A stretch of 64,000 bases of DNA. Origin: Hamiltosporidium tvaerminnensis FI-OER-3-3 (lineage: Eukaryota; Fungi; Microsporidia). The stretch spans positions 715,688-779,687 of the forward strand of contig CM061254.1 in NCBI GenBank assembly GCA_022605425.2, read 5' to 3'. This document shows, one piece after another, positions 1 to 11,477 of this stretch (positions within the stretch are counted from its first letter, which is position 1; each line of letters starts with the position of its first letter). The notes under the pieces were generated by a model, which worked only from the letters and a program-made list of their open reading frames with translations, had not been told where the DNA came from and searched no databases. The translations under genes and the position numbers were made by a program.

Positions 1-1537
1 TCTATCAATGGTTTTTCTTCGGAAATACAGCCTATAGAAATAAGTTTAGATATAAGAAACAGAAATGAAACAAACGTGCTAAAAACATTTGGAAATAAAA
101 ACATCACGAGGGATATTATTTTTTTCTTATTTATAATTATATTTCTAAATATAGAATTTCTTTTCGAACTTTTTTTTTATTAATCATAATTAAAAAAAAA
201 CAAATAATTGGGCATATTTAGATTTTTCTAAATCTATTTTTAACATTTTTTATTACACATTATAATTATGACTTTTTCAATAATTACCAGACTGAATTAA
301 TTTTTAGAGATTACATTGCAAACTTATATATAAAAATTAAAGTTTTATATTTTATTGATTATAACTACATGAAATTCCATAGAATAATTCTTCTATTCAT
401 TAAAATTAGTTTTTACTTAATCTAAATTATTCGGTCATAAAAACGATCAACGATACTTACTATTACTTCAAATTATTCTTATCTTTTTTTAATATAAACA
501 GAATATTCTTATAAATTATGTTTTTAATAAAAATATTTAAAATCTATGTTCCAGACTCTTGTTAAAGAAAGCCAAGAAATATCAAATCAATATGACTTTA
601 TTCTGTATTTTCAATCTTTTAATAAAAAAATAAAATTTAATTCGTTAAAATGATTTATATTTACTTTGATTTGTTCAGTAGTGAAATTTGAATTAAAATA
701 AAATGTTTGATTCTTAAAACATTAAACATAGCGAAAAATATCTTCTAAGATTCAAAAAAAAATTAAGATATTTAATGTATTTTATAACATTTACATAAAT
801 CTAAACTTTCTAAAATACATTTATCTCAATAAGTATAAATAAACTAATTTCTTTATTTTTAAATATATGTTAATTAGGAAAATAATTTGATTCACTATAT
901 TTCATTTAAATTTACCATTCCTTTATTTATTTTTATTGCGTTTATGTTTAAATTGTTTATTTATGAAATTATTTTAAAAGTTTAGCTATTCTTTTGAATA
1001 TAATCTAGCCTATATCTGAAATGTTTAAATTAAATTTTTAATACTCTTATTTATAATTTAATGGCTTATTAATTTACAATAGTTGACTTTATTTTATCTT
1101 AAATTACAGTGTTTTGATATAAAAACTTTTTATTATCCTTCAAATTCAGCTAAATTGATTAGAGTGGATTCAATCTTATATTTTTTCTTATTAAGATTAA
1201 TAAAGATGTTTATTTAAAATAGCAAGTATAATATAATAGTATTAGTTTTTTTTCTTTTCTCTGATAAAATTGTATATTTAGATTGAAATTTACTACTATC
1301 TTGAATATTTTATTAAAACAGAGAAAATATTCATTGTTGTTAAGTTTCTTCATAATTTTTTTCGGTAAAATGAATTTAAAGCTTTTAAAGATATTTAAAT
1401 GTGAATACTTTATATAAATGCTTATAAATGCCACATTGCATAGAAAATGTGAAAAAAACTTTGGCATTTGAATGAAATAAAAAAATATGTAAATATATAA
1501 ATTAAATTATTTTATATTTCGAAAGTATATATACAAT

Positions 1538-2270
1538 ATTTATTGACATATTACAGCCTTTGAAACCAGTGGCGGATGTTATATTTGTTTTCATGACATT
1601 AACGCAATTCTAGGTTTAACATAAATAGCTGCTCCCCTAATACACTATCTGTACTCCCTGCGATACCTAGATCCTAAAGCCCTTCATCAAGAAAGTGTGT
1701 AGATCCCAATTAATGGGCGAGATGGTTGCCCGGTGTTAGTTAATATTTGTTGCATGGAGTATGATCGTAGCTAGAAACTCCTCCCGAGCTCTCCAAGACT
1801 ATGCAGCATTACCACATACTCTATACTTACCGTGCCGCATAAACTTTTAGTTAAGATGTATTTCGGCACTTACATGTAGTCCACTTATGTGTGTAATGTC
1901 ATAACAACAGGTATAACGTTCTTCTTAGCTTTACCGGCTTTGAAAGGTTTTGTTTTTGGTTTTTCTAGGCGCTAATTTTTCTAACCCTGGTGGGCAAGGC
2001 TAGGTTTTTAGGCATTTACATGGCAATTATTTACAAGTTCGCCGCGGTCTCCTACTTAGTTTCATAAAAAACACCAAAATAAATTTGTAAAAAGGGTTTC
2101 ACTATTTCGTTGACTCACGCCTCCTCAGCAAATTCTCAGCGAACAACCGAAAATATATATGGTTTGGTTCCCACCAAAAATCCAAACAATGATCTTCACA
2201 CCAATTTCACATACAATTTGCAGAGAATTGGTTTTTTTTTTTTGGGGGGGGGGTTTATCCATCCTTCACA
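1538..2270 (-). mobile_element. Family A structured SINE-like element, diverged full-length copy
   Basis: Colinear similarity to 16053-16781 along its length (gacattaacg, aagactatgcagca, caacaggtataac, cccaccaaaaatccaaacaatgatc). Boundaries approximate. Confidence 0.8.
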
Positions 2271-2626
2271 TTACTGTAAATTAAATTTTCAAACATTTAT
2301 AATTTTATATATATCAGTAAAATTTCTGCCAAATTATTCTAAGTCTTTTTTATCATTTGGAATTCCATTATTTGTAAAAATATAATAACTAAGAATGATT
2401 TGATAAATAATAGAAAGATTTTATGTAGTTTCTTTTAATCTACTCGATTTATACTTTTAAACTTCCTGCGTATTTTCAAAAGCCAGTTTTTATTATCGAG
2501 ACGTATGAATATTTTTTTTTTGAAAATTTTTAAACTTGAATATTCTTTCTATCTTTTTATAAAATCGTTAACAATATTTTACTCAATGTTTCTAATTATG
2601 ATTTAATATCGTAGAAAATCTAAAAA

Positions 2627-3352
2627 CTTTATTTAAAAGTATCACATCTTTTTAAAATAGTGGCAAGTGTTATATTTGTTTTTATGACATTAACGCTGTT
2701 CTAGACTTAACATAAATGATTGCTACCCCAACACTCCATCGGTAACCCCTGCGATACCTACGTCCAAAAGCCTTTCATCTAACAGGTGTGTAGAACCTAA
2801 TTAAAAGGCGATGCAGTTACCCAGAGTTAATTAATGTCCGCTACATGAAGTGTGACCGAAAGCCGAAGCCCCCCTGGGCTCCCCCCAAGACTATGCAGCA
2901 TTCCCACTTACTCTACACTTTCTGAACCCAATAAACTTCTAGCTAAGATATATTTCAGAGATTTACATGGGGTCCACCTAGACAGTGCAATGTCATACCA
3001 ACAGGTATAACCTGCTACTTAGCTTTCCTGGCTTTAAATGGTTTTTTGTTTTGTATCTCCCAGGCGCTAAGTCTTCTAACCCGAGTGAGCAAGGCTAGGT
3101 TTCCATGCTTTTACCTGGCAATTACCTAAATTTTCAGCTGCGTTTGCAATCTGGTTACATAAAAAACTACAAATAAATTTGTTGAAAAAGTTTCTCCATT
3201 TCTTAGACCTCTCCTCCTCATAAAAACTCCCATGGAACAACCGAAGATATAGTTGGTTGTATTTCCACCAAAAATCCAAACAATGATCTCACAACAGTTT
3301 CACACACTCATTGCCAAGCAAAAAGTTTTTTATGTGGTTATCCTCCCTCCAC
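2627..3352 (-). mobile_element. Family A element, young full-length copy with 14-bp TSD
   Basis: Highly similar to 16053-16781. Flanked by the direct repeat TAGAAAATCTAAAA at 2612-2625 and 3353-3366. Confidence 0.92.
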
Positions 3353-5486
3353 TAGAAAATCTAAAATAAAAATAATTTTAACAATTTAATTTAAATAAAA
3401 GTTCTGCCAATCGTATTTTTAGATATCAAGGGATATGTTTTAGGTAATTTGACTATTGTGGTTTACTAACCCGATTTTTACTTACAAATAAAATATATAT
3501 AGAATTAGAAAAAAATTTCATAGCTGAAAAAAAATCATGTTGATTATAAATGAGGAATTTTTTTAAAAAATAGACTAAATTTAAAAATATGCACATGCAC
3601 ATTGATTATTTCATATTTTGTTTGGATTTGGTTTTGATATTAAATCGAAATATAATAAATTCAAAAAATATAGAAAGCTTTATATATTTTAGCCTCTTTT
3701 ATATAAATACATATCTCATCATCTTATTTGTTGGTTTTCTTATGGTATAAAGAATCTAATTCCGTATTAATCTTATTTTCATATTGTGAGAAATCAAAGC
3801 AAGGTTAGGATTATAATTCAATCTGTTTTAGTTCTACTGGTATGTAATATTCTTACTGTATGTTTTAATATTCTTTTTTTGTTACTAATCTTTCATTTTA
3901 TATTTTATTTTAATATTTACGTTTTCAAGCTATGGTTTTTGATATATGAGCAACAAATCAAACCAATGAAATAAAAATACAGCTTTTGTGAAACTAAAAA
4001 CAGGAATAATAGCTTGTTTATAAAATTATACACACTGTAGTTATCATAAAGTATTTGAAGTACTCTCAAATGATTATATTTTGTGACATAATAATCTTAA
4101 CTGTAAACACTGTACAATTAATTAGTATATTCCTGCAATTTGATATACTTTAAATATAAATTATAAAATGAACTTTTTATATTTATAATCTAAATATGAG
4201 ATATAACTAAGAAATAATTTTAAACAAGTTTAGTTTGAGTTATATTTTTGTTTGACTTATTTTGGTTTTCATATTCTCGTCTTTTTTAATATTGCTATTT
4301 TGTTTAGCTTTGAATTGATAAATTATTAAAGGTCTTTTTACTTCACATTTCGATTTATATAACACTACACAGAATTTACTTTTTCTCGTTTGAGTTTTAT
4401 ATATTACAGGTGTTTGTGTACCTCATTAATTCGTTTTTTTGATTATATTTTGCGATTTAATCTCTCTTCAGTATATGTAATGGCTGTGATTTTCACCCTG
4501 GTTTATAATATATAAATATACTAGTCTTTAAACATTGTCACTAATGGAGATCTCTATTATAAACTATTATAAAGCTCAAATCAGCCTCTTATGGTATTTT
4601 ATGGGTGTATTATTATAATTTATTGTATAGCCATTGCTATTGCTCTATAAACATTGAAAAACAGAATATTATATCTTTGATTCTACTTCGATGATTTTTT
4701 TTTTCAACAATGTGAAACGAATATTAAAAGTGATTTTGATTTTCATGTATTGTCTAATAAAATTTATTATTTCAAATTGGTATTTTAAAGAAATAAATAT
4801 AAACTTTTATCTATTTTATTTTTAAATCTATATCTACTTCATAATATTCATTGTAAAGGATCTATCGGGATTTAACTTCCCATTCGTTTTGAAAACTTAA
4901 ATTTATATTTAGTCTTGCCTTGACAAAAAAAAGTCTTTGAAATTTATGTTTTATATTCTTATGAAACAACATTTTGAAAAAATCAAAATAAATTAGCATT
5001 CCCTGAAGAATACTTTGATAGCATTTTTTATAAGATAAAGAATATTTAAAAATATAATGAAGTAAAAGGTGGCCTACAAACTAATAAATATATATTCTTA
5101 TTAAAGATAGCATGACATGAATTAGTTTAAATAATATTATATAACTAATATCCTTAATATTATCGTTTTTTCTTATATACATTTTTTATAAATTTTTAAT
5201 TTTACTAAAAAAACATTTAATTTGCAAAAAATGCAGACGGAAATTTAAGATAAACAACTTTATTAAGACTTCGATTCATTAATATTCTTAGAAGCGTTTA
5301 ATTCTGTAAGTTCTTCAAAAACAGAACTTTCATTTTCATTAACTGTAAATATTAGTATTAAAGACATAATTGATAAAGAAAATCCTACAAGAAATAATTC
5401 ATAAGTTTGATACATCAGGGGAGATTACTTTAAATTTTATTTAAATATTTTTCTATAAATATTAAATCTACTATACAGATACAAAA

Positions 5487-5869
5487 TATTTTTATTTAAT
5501 AAAATTCTGGGTTAAAACATTTTTACCATTTTTATATGTTTTCTTCTACCTCTTTAACCACTATTGTCTCTTCTTCCAAATCCGACTCTTCATTTATGTT
5601 ATTGGTCGGTTCCTCTAAAGTGGTTCCTCCTTGTGAAATAAGGGGTGCTTTATTTTTTGGTTTAAAATTTTTTTCACCATCTTCCTCTCTCTTCTCTTCT
5701 TTTAAAGGGGGTATTGGTTCCTCATGCACCTCTGATCTCATAATAACACCCATTAACGCTCTCTCCCAGCTCTCTTCGGCATTTAGTCCTGATTCAAGTC
5801 CTCTTCGTCGATCAAAGGAAATTGTTTCGACTGTTTTCTTAAGTACTATAGACTGAATGTATGCCTCTA
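5487..5869 (-). mobile_element. 5'-truncated 3' end of an RLE-type (R4/Dong-like) non-LTR retrotransposon
   Basis: Near-identical to 15567-15995 and encodes the ..EAYIQSIVLKKTVETISFDRRRG.. C-terminus. Flanked by CTATACAGATACAAAA at 5471-5486 and 5867-5882. Confidence 0.85.
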
Positions 5870-6489
5870 TACAGATACAAAAAAAGTTAATTCCTATAAA
5901 TTAATTATTTAAAAATTTATATTTGAGGATTTAAGAAAAATATTTTTTCAGTTCTTAAATTTAAAATTATATTTAAATAAATTATCTTTACTAAGTCATA
6001 AGCTTTGTATATAAAAACTTTATCAAGTATCTTCTGCAAATCACTGATCTTTATTTATTTAAAAAATATTTCTTTTAATTATAAAATTTAAATTTTTAAT
6101 GTTTAGATTTCTTTTACTGTATTATCAATAGATTTACTTCCTTATAAGTATATAAAATATATTTTAATATAATTTGTCAATTATTTCTTATTTTTGCCCT
6201 TTCAAATCTTAAAAATATTGAATTCAATTTTGTCTCGGAAAAAAGTATAAATTTTGATTTCTTAAGATGATTTATAAATCATATTATTTTTAGATGACAT
6301 TTTATGAAATGGCATGCGTGAGAAAAGAAATTTAAAACCATTTAAAGATTTGTAATATCAACTAGCTTTTAACTATTTTATACTTTTGAATATAATTTAG
6401 ATAGAATTTATGTCCGAGGCTCAAAATACTATATAATTGCTCTTTATATCGAAATAAATTCATTTACAAGATCAAATATTTTTGAAGAA

Positions 6490-7152
6490 GCCGCAAATGT
6501 TGAATTTTATTCATGGCATTGAAGTAGTTCGGGTTTATCCTGAATAAAAACCATTTAAACACTCCATCGTTATCCTTAAGATACATAATTTGAAAAATAT
6601 CGTCAAGAGGGTATTTATAACCAATTTATGCGTGGAGCATTTGCCCTCAGTTCGTTAAAGTTCTTGGCCTAGAGAATAATCGCGGAATTAACCACTTTGA
6701 AAACCTTAAAGACCAGCAGAATTTTCATTTACTTAAAACTTTCTACCAAAAACAACTTTCACTATGGTATATCTCGATGACTTGGATAGAGTCCAATTAT
6801 ACGTTGAAATATTATCCCAACATAGGACCTATTACTTAGCATTCTACGCCTTTTAGAGCACCTGGGCGCTAAGTCTTCTTCATGAAGGCAAGGCTGTTTT
6901 TTAATTGTTTTACATGGCAATTACTTCCAATTTCAACCTTGTTTTAAAATCTATTTACATAGAACACTATAAATTATTTATGTAGAAAATTTTCTTTTTT
7001 AGCAAACCATATCTTCTTTAGACAAATTTTCCTGAAATAACTGACAATATAGTATTGTGTTCATGCCTCAAGAATGCAAACAATGTTTTTTACCCCAATT
7101 TGACATACATAGACCCAAACTATGGTTTTAAATGTAGTTATCTTTCTTTCAT
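6490..7152 (-). mobile_element. Family A element, old degenerate copy
   Basis: Retains aacactccatcg, tacttagc, ggcgctaagtcttct, gcaaggct, ttacatggcaattac, caaacaatg and atgtagttatc in the expected order and spacing. Confidence 0.75.
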
Positions 7153-8296
7153 TACATCAAAAATTATAAAATAATTTAACTCATATTTTTATTTTATTTA
7201 AAAAATACGAACCTTTCATATTTTGAAGTCACTAAATCGAAATTTATAATATTTGAAGTAAAATATGTGTTATGTATTTTTAATTACCAAATATTTATAA
7301 AAAATCTGTTTTTTACGTTGGTAGAGACTCAAACATCTTAATACTTTTATAATGTATTCTGAAATACTCGGGATGTATAATAGATCTATCATGACTTCAA
7401 TTAATCTAATTCATATTTTTATATGTTTTATCTATATTGTCTTTTCCGTTTATTTTTTTTTATTTTAGACACAAAAATTGGTTTCCTAAAATTTATCCAA
7501 GAAATCTTAGCTTGAGTATTTTCTTTGAATATTTATTCTATACCTTAATATTTAAGTAAAAACTAGATTTTAATATCTGTGCATCTCCCAATAAACCTAT
7601 TTAATATCAAGATTTATTTTAAAACTGATATAAAGAATTTGTCAGAATTTCAATCCTTTTCTACAATTTAATAAATGATTTTTAATGTATTTATAGTCTG
7701 ATTGATGTCTATGGTTACCAATTTGGATTCTATAATAGTTTGTAGTAATATATATTAGTTTATGAAAATGGATGTGTTATAACACACCATATACAAATAA
7801 AAAAATGTTTGTGTAAAATTTTTCCTAGTGCTTAGAGTTTTCGTGTATAAAACTTTTGAAAAATATTTTAAAAGAAATATTCATACTCTACAAATATTTT
7901 AACTTATCTAAAATAAATATATCTGGTTAATATTCTGAATTTTAACATCAATTTATTTTGGTGTCCATCCTTATCTCTGCATACTCGTTATCAAGAATTT
8001 CTTAAAGGGAAGATTCCTAATTGTTTTAAAAACAGGGGTTTAATATTTAAATATTTATATTAATTCTATCCATTTGTTCTATTTCATGCATAATATAATT
8101 CCATTCATTTATTTTTAAAAACTATTCTTTAAAAGCAATTCCTATTTTTTCTATAACAAATTCAAGCTATTCTCATAATCCATACTTTTCCCAAAGCATA
8201 AAATACATTCGAATAAATAATTTATATTTCCAAATTTATTTGTCGCTTTTTCCCTTTAAATCTGCCCTTCAAAAAAAATACAAACAAAAAACAAAA

Positions 8297-8992
8297 ATGA
8301 AGAAAAACACCACCGACCAAAAAAAAGAAAACCACCCATCAAAAAACTCACCACACAAACCAGACCAAAAAAAAGCAATCGAGCCACCAAAACAAGAAAA
8401 ACGAACACCTGCTGAAGTATGGCAGAACGCTGCGCGTCTTCTTGAAACAAAAAAGAAAGAACCGCCCAAAAAAGTACTTCTCACCTTCGAATACCCCGAA
8501 ATCCAAAAAAAACTTTCACAGTTAAAAGCCAAAAAAGAAGAAAATTCTACCGTAAAAACAGGAAATTCCCATTCTTTTACTTCTGCAGAAATAGAAAATG
8601 CAATTATTTACCGTACATTCTTCCACATAACCGACAAAACAAATACAGACACACCCCAACACCAAAATACTTCACACACCTCTTCAAACACAAACTTATT
8701 CCACGATCCACTTTTCTACACCAAATTAGATATAGACACTCTTTTTTTCATATTTTACTGCCAGCCAAACACAGTACACCAATACTTTGCTGCTAAACAA
8801 CTTAAAAACTACTCATGGCGCTTCCACACAAAATACCACACCTGGTTCCAAAGATTAGAAGAACCTAAAATTATTACAGAAAGCTACGAACAAGGAATAT
8901 TCTTATTTTTTGATTATGACGTCACCTGGACAAACCGTAAAAAAAAAGATTTTACTTTTGAATATAAATATCTAGAAAACATAGAAATGTAA
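8297..8992 (+). CDS. CCR4-NOT subunit NOT3/NOT5-like (C-terminal NOT-box)
   Basis: Motifs DTLFFIFY, QYFAAKQLKNYSWRFHTKYHTWFQR and FDY..W..RKKKDFTFEYKYLE are typical of the NOT2/3/5 domain. First ATG is at 8297; the ORF track starts at a TTG at 8240. Confidence 0.9.
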   Translation: MKKNTTDQKKENHPSKNSPHKPDQKKAIEPPKQEKRTPAEVWQNAARLLETKKKEPPKKVLLTFEYPEIQKKLSQLKAKKEENSTVKTGNSHSFTSAEIENAIIYRTFFHITDKTNTDTPQHQNTSHTSSNTNLFHDPLFYTKLDIDTLFFIFYCQPNTVHQYFAAKQLKNYSWRFHTKYHTWFQRLEEPKIITESYEQGIFLFFDYDVTWTNRKKKDFTFEYKYLENIEM

Positions 8993-9204
8993 AAATTTAT
9001 ATTCTTTGTAAATCTATAATATGTTTCTTTCCATGTTCTTGTATGCTCTTTAATAGGTTTCTGTTGATTTTTTATTTCTTTATGTGTTTGTAGAAAAATA
9101 TTTTTTAAATAAATTACTTTTGAAAATTAAAAAGTTTAAATAAAATACTTTTAATAATAATGTTTGATTATACTCCTACATTAAAACCCTCTTATTTATA
9201 CGTA

Positions 9205-9425
9205 CTAATCAATAACACCCTCTTCTTATTACCATTATTAATAACACCCTCTTAACTACTACCATTATTGATAATCCCCTTTAAATGATACTACTTATTA
9301 ATAACACCCTATTAACTACTATCCTTATAAATAACACCCTCTATCATACTACTTATAAATAACACCCTCTTAACTACTATCCTTATAAATAACACCTTCT
9401 ATCATACCTCTATCATTAACACACT
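9205..9425. repeat. Imperfect tandem repeats built on AATAACACCC
   Basis: Repeated aataacaccc(t)cttaactacta units at about 30-bp spacing, just downstream of the TRF4-like gene. Confidence 0.75.
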
Positions 9426-10655
9426 CTACCTTTCCCTACCCTTTATTTCCTTATACTTCTCTACAATCCCTCTCCTCCATTCTTCTTCCTTCTCATCCAA
9501 ATTAACCCACACACTTAAGACACACTTATTAGAATCTACCTCTCCACTTAAAATAACACTCATTATTCTATAACAATGATTAAATACTTCTTTAACACTT
9601 TGTATTGTAGAACAACCATGTCCTACATTATAAGAAGGATCATCAGGGTCCTCTATATTCAAACAGGCATCAAAAGATTTGTCATAAAATTTGTTAAAAT
9701 TAGTATTATTATTATCACTTCTATTATAATACCCCTTATTATCACTTCTGTTATACCCCTTATTATCACTTATGTACTCACCCTTACCCTCATCTCTATA
9801 TTCTGTGTTATTCTCTTCTATTCTATTGTAATATCCTTTATGACTAATCATAACACTTCTATCGTATTTAAAATCTATTCCAAAGTATTGAAAGAAATCC
9901 ATAAAAAGGACTCCCATATTTAGAAGGGGGTTAACGGTTTTAAGCTGTATCAGAGGGTGTAGATTAAAAAAATGGTTAAGAAGTAGAAACTGTGCGTATG
10001 AACAGAGACCGCCGCGTCTGGTCTGTGACATATCACGTTTAAATAAAAAATATTTTAAAACTAAACAAAAATTGTGTAAATACGGTTTTTTTTGTAATGC
10101 AGTGTGTACATATCTAGATTGTGACATATTGTTGATAGAAATGTCAAATCGTATTTTGTATAAAATATCGCGACATTTTATTATGGGGATGCGTGCTTTG
10201 TTGAGGTGTATAATACTAATTGGTTCTATAAATTCCGTGTTCTGTAAAATTAAACATATTTTTTTTAAAAGAATATTTTCTTCTTTTTTTTGATTGCTGT
10301 CGCTTTTTATGGTGGGACATGATATTGATAGGTCTATGTCGCTGGTTGTTAGGAATAGGTTGTGGCTGTAACTGCCCATCACTGTGCAGTGGAGGTTTAG
10401 CTTTTCGAGAAATAAAAGTTGAAATTTTGAAATTAAAAAATTTCGAATTTCTATTTCTGTAGGCGTGGGTTTGAGTGTCTGTGATAGTGTTAGTAATTCT
10501 GTGTTGAGTCTTTCTAAAGGTGAGATGTATTGTGGTACTGCTGTTTTTTTTGTGGAGGTGTCTGGTATTTTTGTGTAGAGGAAGTGTGTTGGTGGTTTGG
10601 ATGAATAGTCTGATTTAATGTTTACAGATTTGTAAGGAATAAAAGAGTCGTCCAT
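9426..10655 (-). CDS. TRF4: Non-canonical poly(A) polymerase, Trf4/5 (TRAMP) family
   Basis: GSY..L.L..SDIDL nucleotidyltransferase motif, KARIPIIK..FDISIN, GGLCSY, and the PAP-associated LNIEDP.DP..NVG motif. Confidence 0.9.
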   Translation of the reverse strand: MDDSFIPYKSVNIKSDYSSKPPTHFLYTKIPDTSTKKTAVPQYISPLERLNTELLTLSQTLKPTPTEIEIRNFLISKFQLLFLEKLNLHCTVMGSYSHNLFLTTSDIDLSISCPTIKSDSNQKKEENILLKKICLILQNTEFIEPISIIHLNKARIPIIKCRDILYKIRFDISINNMSQSRYVHTALQKKPYLHNFCLVLKYFLFKRDMSQTRRGGLCSYAQFLLLNHFFNLHPLIQLKTVNPLLNMGVLFMDFFQYFGIDFKYDRSVMISHKGYYNRIEENNTEYRDEGKGEYISDNKGYNRSDNKGYYNRSDNNNTNFNKFYDKSFDACLNIEDPDDPSYNVGHGCSTIQSVKEVFNHCYRIMSVILSGEVDSNKCVLSVWVNLDEKEEEWRRGIVEKYKEIKGRER

Positions 10656-10699
10656 GGTAAAAAGGGGGTTGAGTTAAAGAAATTGTGGGTTATAAGATG

Positions 10700-10925
10700 T
10701 AGGGGGTGTTATTTACTAAGGTAGTTGGAGAGGGTGTTAAATATAAAGAGGTAGTGTGAATGGAAGGATAAAGGGGTGTTGGTAGTAAGGAATAGGAAGT
10801 GTAGGTGTAAAATATAAAGAGGTGGTGTGAAATGAAGGATAAAGGGGTGTTGGTAGTAAAAAATAGCAAGTATAGGTGTAAAATATAAAGAGGTGGTGTG
10901 AAAGGAAGGATAAAGGGGTGTTAAT
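10700..10925. repeat. ~71-bp tandem repeat (about 3 units) upstream of TRF4
   Basis: aaatataaagagg recurs at 10739, 10810 and 10881. Confidence 0.8.
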
Positions 10926-11477
10926 ATCAAAGAGTAGCAAGGTGAAGTGTCAATAAGACAGTAATGGTGTTTAACGGAGGATTAAAGAGTATTTAGGTTA
11001 AAAGGGTGTTATTTATAAGTTAGTATGGTTTTCTTATAACACCTTTTAACTATCTATATTGTTATCTATGCTTTAACACCCATTATATTATAATATGGTA
11101 GTTACATGGTTTAACACCCCATTAACTAAACATATATCTTTATATTGTTTAACACCCTTTAAAATACAATTTATAATTATTGTATTATCACACCCCGTTA
11201 CTTATTAGAGTACCTTAGTATGATTAACACACCTTTAGATTGTAATGAGTTCTTATGACTTAACACTCCTTTAATTAACGATTTATAAGTATAGGAATTA
11301 TCACCCCTTTACCTAAACATATATTTTCATATTATTTAACACCCTTTTAAAATAGTATTTATAATATAAAAATTTAAGACCCCTTTAATTATATGCTTGG
11401 CAAAATCTTTTTTTTGGACTTTTAAAACAAAGTTTTATAAATAAAAGCAAACACTAATAAACAAAAATACGACACAG

